A stretch of 64,000 nt of DNA from an uncultured Phycisphaerales bacterium. GTDB lineage: Bacteria; Planctomycetota; Phycisphaerae; SM23-33. A program made the position numbers and the translations under genes. Location of the stretch: NCBI GenBank assembly GCA_965369385.1, contig CBDUQP010000001.1:4628-68627 (forward strand). The letters run 5' to 3'. Positions 31,101 to 38,838 of the stretch are shown in pieces; positions within the stretch are counted from its first letter, which is position 1; each line of letters begins with the position of its first letter. The notes beneath the pieces were generated by a model. That model was not told where the DNA came from, made no database searches, and saw nothing but the letters and a program-made list of their open reading frames with translations.

Positions 31101-31143
31101 GCTGACCAAAATAGAGACTACTCGCTGCGATCATGGTTTCCAT
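28135..31143 (-). CDS. Large membrane protein: BatA-like N-terminal double TM, two VWA domains and a GATase1-like domain
   Basis: N-terminal TMs (WWLLTGLLSVPAVVIAL; VAVIVLLAVLLARP). VWA MIDAS VVDRSLSVSG. GATase1-like AMMGVDAVVLIDADSGSFTYAQQELLCKYVEDTAGGLLMIGG. Second VWA IIISDGDPS. C-terminal TM plus a basic tail. Confidence 0.7.
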   Translation of the reverse strand: METMIAASSLYFGQPWWLLTGLLSVPAVVIALRCQKGIGIVRRMMAIVMRVAVIVLLAVLLARPMIGQRSEDVTVVAVVDRSLSVSGIAVGTGAKTKNGAPATLESYGVDFLAKAVEGKRPNDRLAIVDVAEHVEISKLPSPNPEFRRRSISALGHQSRLADGVQMAMAIAPPDTATRLLLISDGNETDGDLTAVARIAASNGIPIDVLPLRYDHKREVVFTRLAAPSQALNGQSIPLRFVLNSTSHATGQLQLMLNGRPVDLSPDDEAGLGMKVTLKPGTNVKTVVLPAGSRGVYEYEAHFICDDSAADGISRNNRAAAITMVSGKGHVLIVGDNKASEEFTHVLSEAGMQVRQKTYGEFPDNLAAMMGVDAVVLIDADSGSFTYAQQELLCKYVEDTAGGLLMIGGPNSYGAGGWIGSPTARILPVDMDPPHKKEMPKGALVLLMHACEMPRGNYWGRQVAKAAVNALSRKDLVGVAAFYGGPDGGTWVHPLSEAGDKKAVNNAINTMNMGDMPDFAAPMTTVLKKLQTCGAVQKHMIIISDGDPSPPSPALLKKFKSAGITCTGVAVFPHSPNDVFSLKKIARATGGRFYNVKNAASLPQIFVKEARVVRRSLIVEKTFTPTIVSGGSEIIKGITSLPRLDGYMLTGDKGGFANVVLRGPDNDPIMATCQAGLGRSVAFMSTADGRWAEQWVGWGGFSGFWEQVVQWTSRSTGSRDCEIFTDIHGGSVDVGVEAVDAEGKFVQFAAISAEVTGPNMATRKLGISQVGPGAYRAAFRTRAPGSYLLNVKYRKLGAGSKTKSALCAVTIPYAAEFRDLTDNAALLSQVARMTGGRVLTGDPEQADLFSREKLGVFEDSREITMPLIIVWIVLFLLDVAIRRVSIDIRAMYRGVAGLLSFRRRAVQADSTLSALQRRRSAVRDTMDAQGAARFETPDGTEQDELETVDVTRTAKQTPPKTSPQKEKEDKNSQNEAPYLQQLLRTKRKSAGRLKGPKGNTGDK

Positions 31144-33548
31144 ACCTGCACGCGGTTATTGCCTGAATCCACAACAAACACCCTGTCCTCTTCATCCACC
31201 GATACGCCCCACGGCGATACCAGCTGGCCCTTCTCGCGGCCGCTCTTGCCGAAAGTGCCCAGAGATTCACCTTGCGGGTTGAACATCTGGACCCGGTCAT
31301 TGCCATACTCGCAGACCACAAGAGTGCCATCGTCCATCACATCCACATCATAAGGATACCTCAGTTGCCCATCGCCTCGCCCGAGCGAACCGATATACCT
31401 GATCAACTTGCCGCCCAATTCGTAGACAGCTATGCGATGATTGCACGCGTCGGCCACGTAGAGGCGCTTTCGCTGCTGGTCTATGCACATGCCCGACGGC
31501 CTGGATAGCTCGCCATCACCTTCGCCGAATCGGCCGAAAGTATACATGAACTCGCCTTCCATCGAAAACACAGTCACACGATCATTTCCGCCGTACTCAC
31601 TGACAAACACCCTGCCGTCCTGGCTGAAGACGACGTCGGTGGGATAGATGAACTCCCCATCGCCCCTGCCCATCCGGCCGAACTGCCGCACATACTTGCC
31701 ATCAAGCGTGAACACAGCCACACGATGATAGTGGGTGTCGGCGATATACAGATATCCGTCGGGCCCGCACGCAATGCCAACGGGCTTGCCCGCACGCGTC
31801 ATCGGCATGGTAAACATCTTCAGCGGTTTGCCCTTGCGCGTGAACTTCCGAACAAATCCCGCCTTGTCTATCACGAACACAGAATCGTCAGAGCCGACCG
31901 ATATCGCCCGCGGATACATGAACTCCGCCCTGCCGCGTCCCGTACCGCCGAATATGTATTGCACTTCCGCATTGTCGCCGGTTCGCGGTTTGTCGCATCC
32001 TGCGGGACAGAGCATCAGCAGGCAAAGCACAATCGCAGCCGCGCCAACCAACCGCCTTCGCAGCAGCTTGAATACCCCTATCAGCCCCACGCACAAAATC
32101 GCGTATGTGCCAAGCAGCACCAGGCACGATGCGATGACGTGCTGATCGCGTGCGTAGTGCATCTGATTCAAAAGCCGCTGGGCGAAGCTGGCGACACCTG
32201 CCGGCAGCAACACCATGCTCGCTGACAGCTCCGTCATGCCAAGCATCATCACCACCAGCACCGCACCCACAAACGCCGGCCAAGCCAGCGGAAAGCGAAC
32301 ACGCCAGAACGTACGCCACACACCTGCACCGTCCAGCATTGCCATTTCGCCAAGCCGCGCGATGCGCCAATCCCACGTGAGCTTCAGCAACACCAGCGCC
32401 ACCCCCGCAAAACGAGCCGCCTGCCCCAATGATACCACGCACCAATGCTGACCTACGCTGCTGGAAAGCCCCACTGCCCCGAGCAATCGCAGCAACCCCA
32501 CCGCCACAAGTGAACCCGGAAGGAACATCGCGACGAACAGGCTGATGTGCATTATCGCAGACACGGCCGCACCAATGCGTCCGAACCCGCCAGCCGCCAT
32601 CGCGCCGCCAGCCATCAAGATCGCACCAAACGCCGCCAAGGCAGACGTGGCCAGCGACATGATCAAATCATCCGAATGCAGCGTGAGGAACTGCTTGATG
32701 GGAGAGAGGCTGCTCAGATTCGCCACAAGCAGGCCTACAGGCAATATCAGCGATATCAGCACCAACAGACATATGATTCCACACCGCCAAATCCCCGCTC
32801 TGTGCTGCGGAGTTCCCGCTGATTGCTCAGACGACCATCCACCGCTTCTGCGCCACAGCCCCACGCCCACGACAAGCCCCGCGCACGCCAGCGGCCAGGC
32901 GGCCCGCACAACCGCACCTTCACTGCCCGTCAGTTCATACAGTACCGCCAATTGCGTTCCCACGGTCTTGACGCCTGCCAGGTGGAACGCGCCGAACTCG
33001 CACAGGCACAGCGAGAAACACACCGCAAACGCCAGCGATATAGGCCGCGCCAGCAGCGGAAGGGTGATGCGCGTAAACCTGCGGACCCTGCCTGCATCAA
33101 GACACGCCCGGTCGCTCACCGTGCCCGCTGCCCGCCAGCCCTGTGCTATCACCAGCGCCGCAAGCGGCCAATACCACATGACCAGTGTTCCGCATGAAGT
33201 GATCGCGGCCGTGAGTTGAGCGCGCGACATATCCGCAGCCAGCCAGCCGCCCAGTGATCCCGTAGGATCAAGCAGCAGTGACCATGCGTAGTACAGCAAG
33301 TAACGCGGCATGAGCAGTGCCAGCAGCATCAGCGTCATCAGCAGCGTTCTGCCGCCGGTGAGCCTGGCCAGGACCATGCCGGGAACAATGCCCAGCAGAA
33401 CCCCAACTGCCGCAGTTAGCGCAGCCAGCATCGCCGAGTGCCAGAACATCCCCAGCACATCTCCGCCCACATCCGGGCCGGCAGCATCCAGCGGCGCTAA
33501 ACATATCGCGACCAGCGGGCCGAGAACAATCGCCACACACGCACACAT
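31131..33548 (-). CDS. Iron(III)/thiamine-type ABC double permease (FbpB-like) fused to a C-terminal NHL-repeat beta-propeller
   Basis: Two permease halves, each with an EAA-like loop. The last permease helix ends ...GVFKLLRRR, then an extra hydrophobic segment with a lipobox-like LCLLMLCPAGCDK. Then six NHL-type repeats (YPRAISV..., LYIADTHYHRVAVF, YPTDVVF, PSGMCID..LYVADACNHRIAVY, YPYDVDV, PWGVSVD..VFVVDSGNNRVQVW). One uninterrupted frame of 805 codons. Confidence 0.7.
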   Translation of the reverse strand: MCACVAIVLGPLVAICLAPLDAAGPDVGGDVLGMFWHSAMLAALTAAVGVLLGIVPGMVLARLTGGRTLLMTLMLLALLMPRYLLYYAWSLLLDPTGSLGGWLAADMSRAQLTAAITSCGTLVMWYWPLAALVIAQGWRAAGTVSDRACLDAGRVRRFTRITLPLLARPISLAFAVCFSLCLCEFGAFHLAGVKTVGTQLAVLYELTGSEGAVVRAAWPLACAGLVVGVGLWRRSGGWSSEQSAGTPQHRAGIWRCGIICLLVLISLILPVGLLVANLSSLSPIKQFLTLHSDDLIMSLATSALAAFGAILMAGGAMAAGGFGRIGAAVSAIMHISLFVAMFLPGSLVAVGLLRLLGAVGLSSSVGQHWCVVSLGQAARFAGVALVLLKLTWDWRIARLGEMAMLDGAGVWRTFWRVRFPLAWPAFVGAVLVVMMLGMTELSASMVLLPAGVASFAQRLLNQMHYARDQHVIASCLVLLGTYAILCVGLIGVFKLLRRRLVGAAAIVLCLLMLCPAGCDKPRTGDNAEVQYIFGGTGRGRAEFMYPRAISVGSDDSVFVIDKAGFVRKFTRKGKPLKMFTMPMTRAGKPVGIACGPDGYLYIADTHYHRVAVFTLDGKYVRQFGRMGRGDGEFIYPTDVVFSQDGRVFVSEYGGNDRVTVFSMEGEFMYTFGRFGEGDGELSRPSGMCIDQQRKRLYVADACNHRIAVYELGGKLIRYIGSLGRGDGQLRYPYDVDVMDDGTLVVCEYGNDRVQMFNPQGESLGTFGKSGREKGQLVSPWGVSVDEEDRVFVVDSGNNRVQVWKP

Positions 33549-33589
33549 GCCTGCTATCGCCAGAATCGCCGAGATTGTGCCTCGTTGGG

Positions 33590-34669
33590 TCAGTCCAATA
33601 TCCTCCCGGCCGTCCGTATCGCCCGCGACAGCTCGCCGGCTATCTTCTCATAGGGAACGTCTAATCGCTTGACGACTGCATATTGCTGATACTTGCTCGC
33701 CAGTGATTTTCGCACGGGCATATTGTGCGAATCGCTTTCGGCGAGCATCTTCTCCACCTGCTCGCCAAGCACGAACGCCATGAACTCGCGGGCCTCCGCA
33801 GAGTTCGGTCCGCCAGCGATGAGCGCAGCTGTGTTCGGTATGGCAAGCGTACCCGCACCGTTCTGGTCCAGCATGTTCATGGCAATCGGCCAGCCGTTTC
33901 GCACGCCGGCGTGAACATCGTCTGTATCGGTCATGCAAATGTCGGCCTGTCCGGACGCCACCATGCGGACTGCGGTGCTGTTGCTGTCTACCAGTCGCAC
34001 ACCATTTGCCTTGAGAGCCTTGAGGATTTCCTCCGCGCGAGTTCTTCCGTAATGGGCGAACCAACTGGCCACATCGCCGCCGGTTGTCCCAAACTCCGGC
34101 CGCGCCATCACGATTCTGCCCTTCCACTTGGCATCAAGCAGATCTTCGAGGCGTTTTGGAGCTTCCTTGGCACCCACGCGTTTGGTGTTGTATGCAATTA
34201 CTCTCGCCCGCATCGCGAACGCATACCAACGTCCTTGCGGATCAGCGAGTCCTTTGGGCCAGTCCTTCACGTCATCAGATTCGTACTTCGCCAGCAGACC
34301 ATCATGCCCAAGGCGTATGGTGTGGAATATCTCGCTCGACCAGAACACGTCCGCAGTCGGGGAGTCCTTCTGTGCTCGCAGACGCTGCACGAGGCCCACT
34401 GTCTTGCTCGATTCAGTATCAAACCTGGCGAGCACCTTTATGCCTGTACTGGCCTCGAATGCTGCGATGATGGGTTCTGCCACCTCCTGATCCACAGAGC
34501 AGTAGACGACAACCTGCCGCTCGTCGCCATCGGCCTTGCCGCAGCCGACCAGTCCGACAGCAGACATGAACAGCGCAATAACAATCGACGCAACAATCGT
34601 AATCGACGATATGCCAGCCGACACCTCACCACGCAGCGAGCGCCGGCAATATACATTACGCATCCGCAA
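33590..34669 (-). CDS. Iron(III)/thiamine-family ABC transporter substrate-binding lipoprotein (FbpA/AfuA-like)
   Basis: Lipoprotein signal ...VGLVGCGK. SBP-bact-1-type sequence (VVVYCSVDQEVAEPIIAAFEASTGIKV...). Directly upstream of the FbpB-like permease. Confidence 0.8.
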   Translation of the reverse strand: MRMRNVYCRRSLRGEVSAGISSITIVASIVIALFMSAVGLVGCGKADGDERQVVVYCSVDQEVAEPIIAAFEASTGIKVLARFDTESSKTVGLVQRLRAQKDSPTADVFWSSEIFHTIRLGHDGLLAKYESDDVKDWPKGLADPQGRWYAFAMRARVIAYNTKRVGAKEAPKRLEDLLDAKWKGRIVMARPEFGTTGGDVASWFAHYGRTRAEEILKALKANGVRLVDSNSTAVRMVASGQADICMTDTDDVHAGVRNGWPIAMNMLDQNGAGTLAIPNTAALIAGGPNSAEAREFMAFVLGEQVEKMLAESDSHNMPVRKSLASKYQQYAVVKRLDVPYEKIAGELSRAIRTAGRILD

Positions 34670-34810
34670 ATCTCCCTTCCTGCCGCGAAAGTTCGTTTCG
34701 CAGCAGTTTCGACCGAACAGTTAGATACGAACAACACCATCCACCCTTTTCTTTACATCCATCGCGAATGACTGAGATGCTTCACAGCGACAACCCATCC
34801 GCAAAAACGC

Positions 34811-36496
34811 TCAGTCACCGTCCGACCTTTTCTTTGCTTCAGCTTCGAGTTGGCTGAAGTACTTCTTCACCGACGCTTCGTAGCGCCGGGGAATGCGGTT
34901 ATCGCCTATGGCATCGGCGGCTTGTTCTTTGGCAGCGGTCACAACAATCTTGAGTTCGCGAGAGGCCTGCCCCTTTGCGTGGCGGCCCCTGAACTCCCAG
35001 CTCGCTATCGCGGGCCCGGCCTTGCGGGCATTCTTCACACGTTTTCGCTCACTTGATGTATCTTCCGGATCGCCGGTCGGCCTGGCGCCCAATCCTCGCC
35101 CCCGGCCCATTCCATCTCCATTACCATTGCCGTCCCCGTCCCCGTCCCCGCCTTCGGCCTCCATATCATCTTCATCTTCTTCCCCCATCGAATCGGCAGC
35201 CCTGGCTATCTCGTCCAGGGCGGCCTGCGCGATCTCCATATCCTGGACCATGCCTTCCAGGCGGCTCAGTTGGTCGGCGAGACCCTCAAGGTCCTCCGGC
35301 GACACATCGTCGCCATCCTTGGCGCAGTCAGCGGCCGCGTCGCCCAGTTTTTCGCACATTTCCGACGCTCGCTGGGCATCCCTGACCTTATCCATGATCT
35401 TGTTGATCTTCTCTTCGCTCAGGCCCTGCTCACGAAGCGCCTTGCGAAGTTGACTGTCACCCATCTTTGCGGCATCTTTGCTCAGCCCGGCTTTGGCGAG
35501 CGTGTCGGATAGTTCCTTCTGATCCTTGGATATCTTGTCGAGCTGTTTGGCCAGAGCCTGCAACTGTTTCGCCAGCGCCTCACGCTCGGCCTTGGTGAGC
35601 TTTCCGCCTGCGAGTTTCTCCGCAAGCTTGCGGGCTTCGGCGGCGGCGGTTTTGTAATCGCCTCTGGCAAGTGCGTTAATCATCTTGCGAGCCTGATCGC
35701 CCTTTCCGCTCCGCAGTTTCCGCATCTTGCTGTTGAAGTTGTCCTTTGCTCCGAAACCCTTGCGGCGGGAGTGATCGTTTACACTGCGAGACAAATCGCC
35801 AAGTTTACGAATTACCTGGCGCCTCAGGTCCGACGGTTTCAGGAGATCAAGAGCCTTGGCAATGTCGCCTGCCTGTTCGGTCAGCGAATCATCACCGAGC
35901 TGGCTCACAACCGCCTTCACCGATGCCACCGCCTTCTTGGCATCACTGGCGGCCTTCTGCTGCTTGTCTTTGGCGCTCTTACGGGTTTCCCTTTCGGCGT
36001 CGCTGCCGAGGAGGTCCATCGAAGGAACGAACACGAATACCGCGACGACTGCGATCCATATAGTCAGACCGTAAGCCCATGCCTTCGATGGGCGAATCGG
36101 GAAATGCGGTTTGAGCTGAATGTCGGCCGCCCGCATGTGAGCCTCTTGCACGCTGGCCCGGGCGAACTGGTTGTCCACGTCAGCGAGTGAAATAGCAGTG
36201 CTGAATCGCTCACGAAGGCCCAGGCGAGTGTCTATTGCCAAGGCTGCGTCCATCTGCGAAGGACGCCTGGTCCACCAGCGATAGGCAATGGTCGCGGCTG
36301 CGCACAGTCCCAAAACCCAGCAGACCCAAGGCACCACCACAGGTGCAGCTACCAGACGCTGAGAGAGAATACCAACCAGGGCAAACAGACCGGCCACCGT
36401 AACCACCAAAGCCGCCTGCCGAAGAAACACGTCCGCAGCCATAAACAGCCTTGCGATCCTGAGCTTACGATCAAACGCATCCGGTTTCGTGTCCAT
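34811..36496 (-). CDS. Membrane-anchored coiled-coil protein with acidic low-complexity tail
   Basis: Start moved to ATG 36496 (MDTKPDAFD); the track's N-terminal 78 aa look non-genic. Three TM helices, then about 300 aa of K/A/E-rich coiled coil, then a DGDGDGNGNGDGMGRGRG low-complexity segment. No recognisable catalytic motif. Confidence 0.45.
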   Translation of the reverse strand: MDTKPDAFDRKLRIARLFMAADVFLRQAALVVTVAGLFALVGILSQRLVAAPVVVPWVCWVLGLCAAATIAYRWWTRRPSQMDAALAIDTRLGLRERFSTAISLADVDNQFARASVQEAHMRAADIQLKPHFPIRPSKAWAYGLTIWIAVVAVFVFVPSMDLLGSDAERETRKSAKDKQQKAASDAKKAVASVKAVVSQLGDDSLTEQAGDIAKALDLLKPSDLRRQVIRKLGDLSRSVNDHSRRKGFGAKDNFNSKMRKLRSGKGDQARKMINALARGDYKTAAAEARKLAEKLAGGKLTKAEREALAKQLQALAKQLDKISKDQKELSDTLAKAGLSKDAAKMGDSQLRKALREQGLSEEKINKIMDKVRDAQRASEMCEKLGDAAADCAKDGDDVSPEDLEGLADQLSRLEGMVQDMEIAQAALDEIARAADSMGEEDEDDMEAEGGDGDGDGNGNGDGMGRGRGLGARPTGDPEDTSSERKRVKNARKAGPAIASWEFRGRHAKGQASRELKIVVTAAKEQAADAIGDNRIPRRYEASVKKYFSQLEAEAKKRSDGD

Positions 36497-36715
36497 AAGT
36501 AACCCCACAATGCCACAATGACAGTTGTTACTGCTATTTTGCCCAAAAAGGCTCTGTTTTGCAATGCTCAACCGCTTCAATGGCAAGGCTCTAAAAAAGA
36601 GGCATAACAGCACCTTGGAGATCGCCCGCGCAAACCTTATTATGGAATAACAATTGTGACTTGTCGCCGAGTGACAAGATTCACACCAACCCAGCAAAGA
36701 TTGCAAAGGACAAAC

Positions 36716-38155
36716 ATGATATTCCGCCAAACGTCGCGCCGATTCGTTCTAGTTGCTCTTGTAGCCCTTTGTGTTTTCCTGCCTGCCTGCCTGCCTGCAC
36801 CCCAGCCGCAGCCGCAGGCCAAATACATATTCTACGTAATCGGCGACGGCATGGGCCCAAGCCAGGTGGAAGCGGCTGAGCGTTTCATACAGGCACGCCC
36901 CGAAATGAGCGGCCGCGACGACTACGTGTATCCAAAACTGGCGATGAACCTGCTGCCGCACTCCGGCACGTGCACTACACACTCAAACAACAGTGCCGTA
37001 ACCGACTCAGCAGCTGCCGGTACCGCGCTTGCCTGCGGAGTGAAGACCGACGGAGGCGTAATGGCCATGAGGCCGGACCGAAAAACCCCCGTGCCGTCAA
37101 TTGCTCACGTCCTGAAGAAGAACGGCTATCGAATCGGCATAATCTCGACAGCCGAAATTGATCACGCCACCCCCGGCGTTTTCTATGCTCACGAGCCAAG
37201 CCGCGGCAATTACTACGAAATCGCCACAACAATCGGCAAGACGGGCTTTGAATACTTCGCGGGCGTCGGCTGCGAAAGCGCGTTACCACACCGCCTGAAA
37301 GGCCGCCCCAGCCCGTTTGAAGTCATCCGCGCCGACGGCTACACCGTCTGCCGCACTATGGATGAGCTTCGCAAAGTGCAGACAGGCAACCGTCGCGTGG
37401 CATGCGCACTGAACGTTCCCTGGGAGATCGACCGCAAGGCGAACGACCCCCGACTCGTTCACATGGTGCGCGAAGGCATTCGCCTGCTGGGCACCGACAA
37501 AAACTTCTTCATGATGATCGAGGGCGGCAGGATAGACTGGTCATGCCACGAGAATGACGGAGCGTCGACCGTTCTTGAAACAATCGCCATGGACGAAGTG
37601 ATCCAGGAACTGATCACCTTCTATATGAAGCACCCCACCGAAACGCTGATCGTGGTGACTGCCGATCACGAGACGGGCGGGATGCAGCTGGCTGGCGACA
37701 AGCACGCCGAGGCTCGCCGGATATTGCCGCGTCAGAAGATACTGGCTGAACACACAGCCCCGATACTCAAGAAGCTTCGAGCTAAGAAACTGCCTGCGGA
37801 CAAGGCAATCGTTGAACTCGATAAGATCTTCGGTTTCGGCAAGCTCACGCCCGAAGAGCACAAACTGCTCGCCGACACCTGGACAGCCACGCTCTCAGGC
37901 GACCCGAAGACAAAGAGCAAATTCAAGAGCATGTACGGCCGTTACGATCCGGTCGAAATCCTCTGCACGCGATTCATGAACAGGAAGGCGGGAATCGCCT
38001 GGCGAACCTTCGGCCACAGCGCCACGCCGGTTCCCGTCAGAGCAGTCGGCGTTGGCGCCAAGGCCTTCGCGGGCAGAACCGACAACACCGACCTGCCCCG
38101 CCTGATCCTGAAAGCCGCCAACATAAGCGAAGCCAACCTGGCAAAACGTAAGTAG
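36716..38155 (+). CDS. Alkaline phosphatase (PhoA family), lipoprotein
   Basis: Signal/lipobox VALCVFLPACL. Metal-site motif YVIGDGMG. Active-site serine motif TDSAAAGTALACG. IDHATPG and VTADHETGG motifs. Confidence 0.85.
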   Translation: MIFRQTSRRFVLVALVALCVFLPACLPAPQPQPQAKYIFYVIGDGMGPSQVEAAERFIQARPEMSGRDDYVYPKLAMNLLPHSGTCTTHSNNSAVTDSAAAGTALACGVKTDGGVMAMRPDRKTPVPSIAHVLKKNGYRIGIISTAEIDHATPGVFYAHEPSRGNYYEIATTIGKTGFEYFAGVGCESALPHRLKGRPSPFEVIRADGYTVCRTMDELRKVQTGNRRVACALNVPWEIDRKANDPRLVHMVREGIRLLGTDKNFFMMIEGGRIDWSCHENDGASTVLETIAMDEVIQELITFYMKHPTETLIVVTADHETGGMQLAGDKHAEARRILPRQKILAEHTAPILKKLRAKKLPADKAIVELDKIFGFGKLTPEEHKLLADTWTATLSGDPKTKSKFKSMYGRYDPVEILCTRFMNRKAGIAWRTFGHSATPVPVRAVGVGAKAFAGRTDNTDLPRLILKAANISEANLAKRK

Positions 38156-38172
38156 GCTGAATGCACAGTTGA

Positions 38173-38580
38173 AGCGAGAATTGGGACTGTCCCGTTGTCG
38201 GGCCTGCCCGCCGTGGCGGGGACTGTCCCCAATGGCACTGCCATCTGTTTTGGTTGTTTTTGGTCGTCCGGGCCGAAGGTCCGATGGGCAGTAAGCCGGG
38301 GTGTGACCGACCAACGGGAGGGAACCCCCGGAATAGATCCCCCAAAACTTCAGAACCCCGATAGGGGTGGCCAGAGAAGCTTAACAGCGAGTTGGATGCC
38401 TGATAACTGGGCAACTCTTGTGCCAATTATTCCTGTCAATTCGCAAGTCAGCATCTCCCCCCCGGCCCTTCGGGACGGGGAGTATAGAGATCTGTATCCG
38501 GGGGCTGCACCGCGACTTACGTCGCGGCTAACCCCCGGCGTCGAAGATCCCGATACACATCGGGGCCCATCGGACCTTCG
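38173..38580 (+). repeat. Copy A of a modular hairpin-rich intergenic repeat family (about 410 nt, contains internal inverted modules)
   Basis: Shares with copy B the 5' module GGGACTGTCCCCAATGGCACTGCC, a G/T-rich tract GGTTGTTTTTGGTCG, and the 3' block from GGGCAACTCTTGTGCC to CCCATCGGACCTTCGGCCC (about 130 nt, near-identical). Also carries the reverse-complement module CGGGCCGAAGGTCCGATGGGCAG at about 38262. Confidence 0.8.
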
Positions 38581-38838
38581 GCCCTGACGACAGAAACTAC
38601 GGCAGCCACGCTCAACGAACGCCTTCAGGATTTCTGCCGGAAACCTAGCTAAACGCATTCGATCTTAATACGGCCTCTTTAGGCATGGCACTGGTTACAG
38701 GCCGGACACTCATCACGATTAGGGCTCCCTCACCCGCACACCGCCGGCGAGAGACTTTCTTTTATGGAAACCGCATGGTCGATGGGTTAATCTGAAGTCT
38801 TCTGAAAAGGGATCAGCCGCAGAAAGGAAGATGGCAAC

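Noticed and set aside
32000-32060. Internal signal-peptide/lipobox (LCLLMLCPAGCDK) suggesting two genes (permease plus NHL lipoprotein) rather than one
   Set aside because: There is no stop codon or plausible RBS/start between the permease end and the hydrophobic segment. The frame is continuous over 805 codons, so I kept a single fused CDS and flagged the junction for read-level verification.
34811-36730. N-terminal 78 codons of the track ORF 34811-36730
   Set aside because: The N-terminal 78 codons (MAEYHVCPLQSLLGWCESCHS...) are Cys/Ser-rich with no signal or TM logic, while ATG 36496 begins a sensible cytoplasmic N-terminus before the first TM. I trimmed the start.
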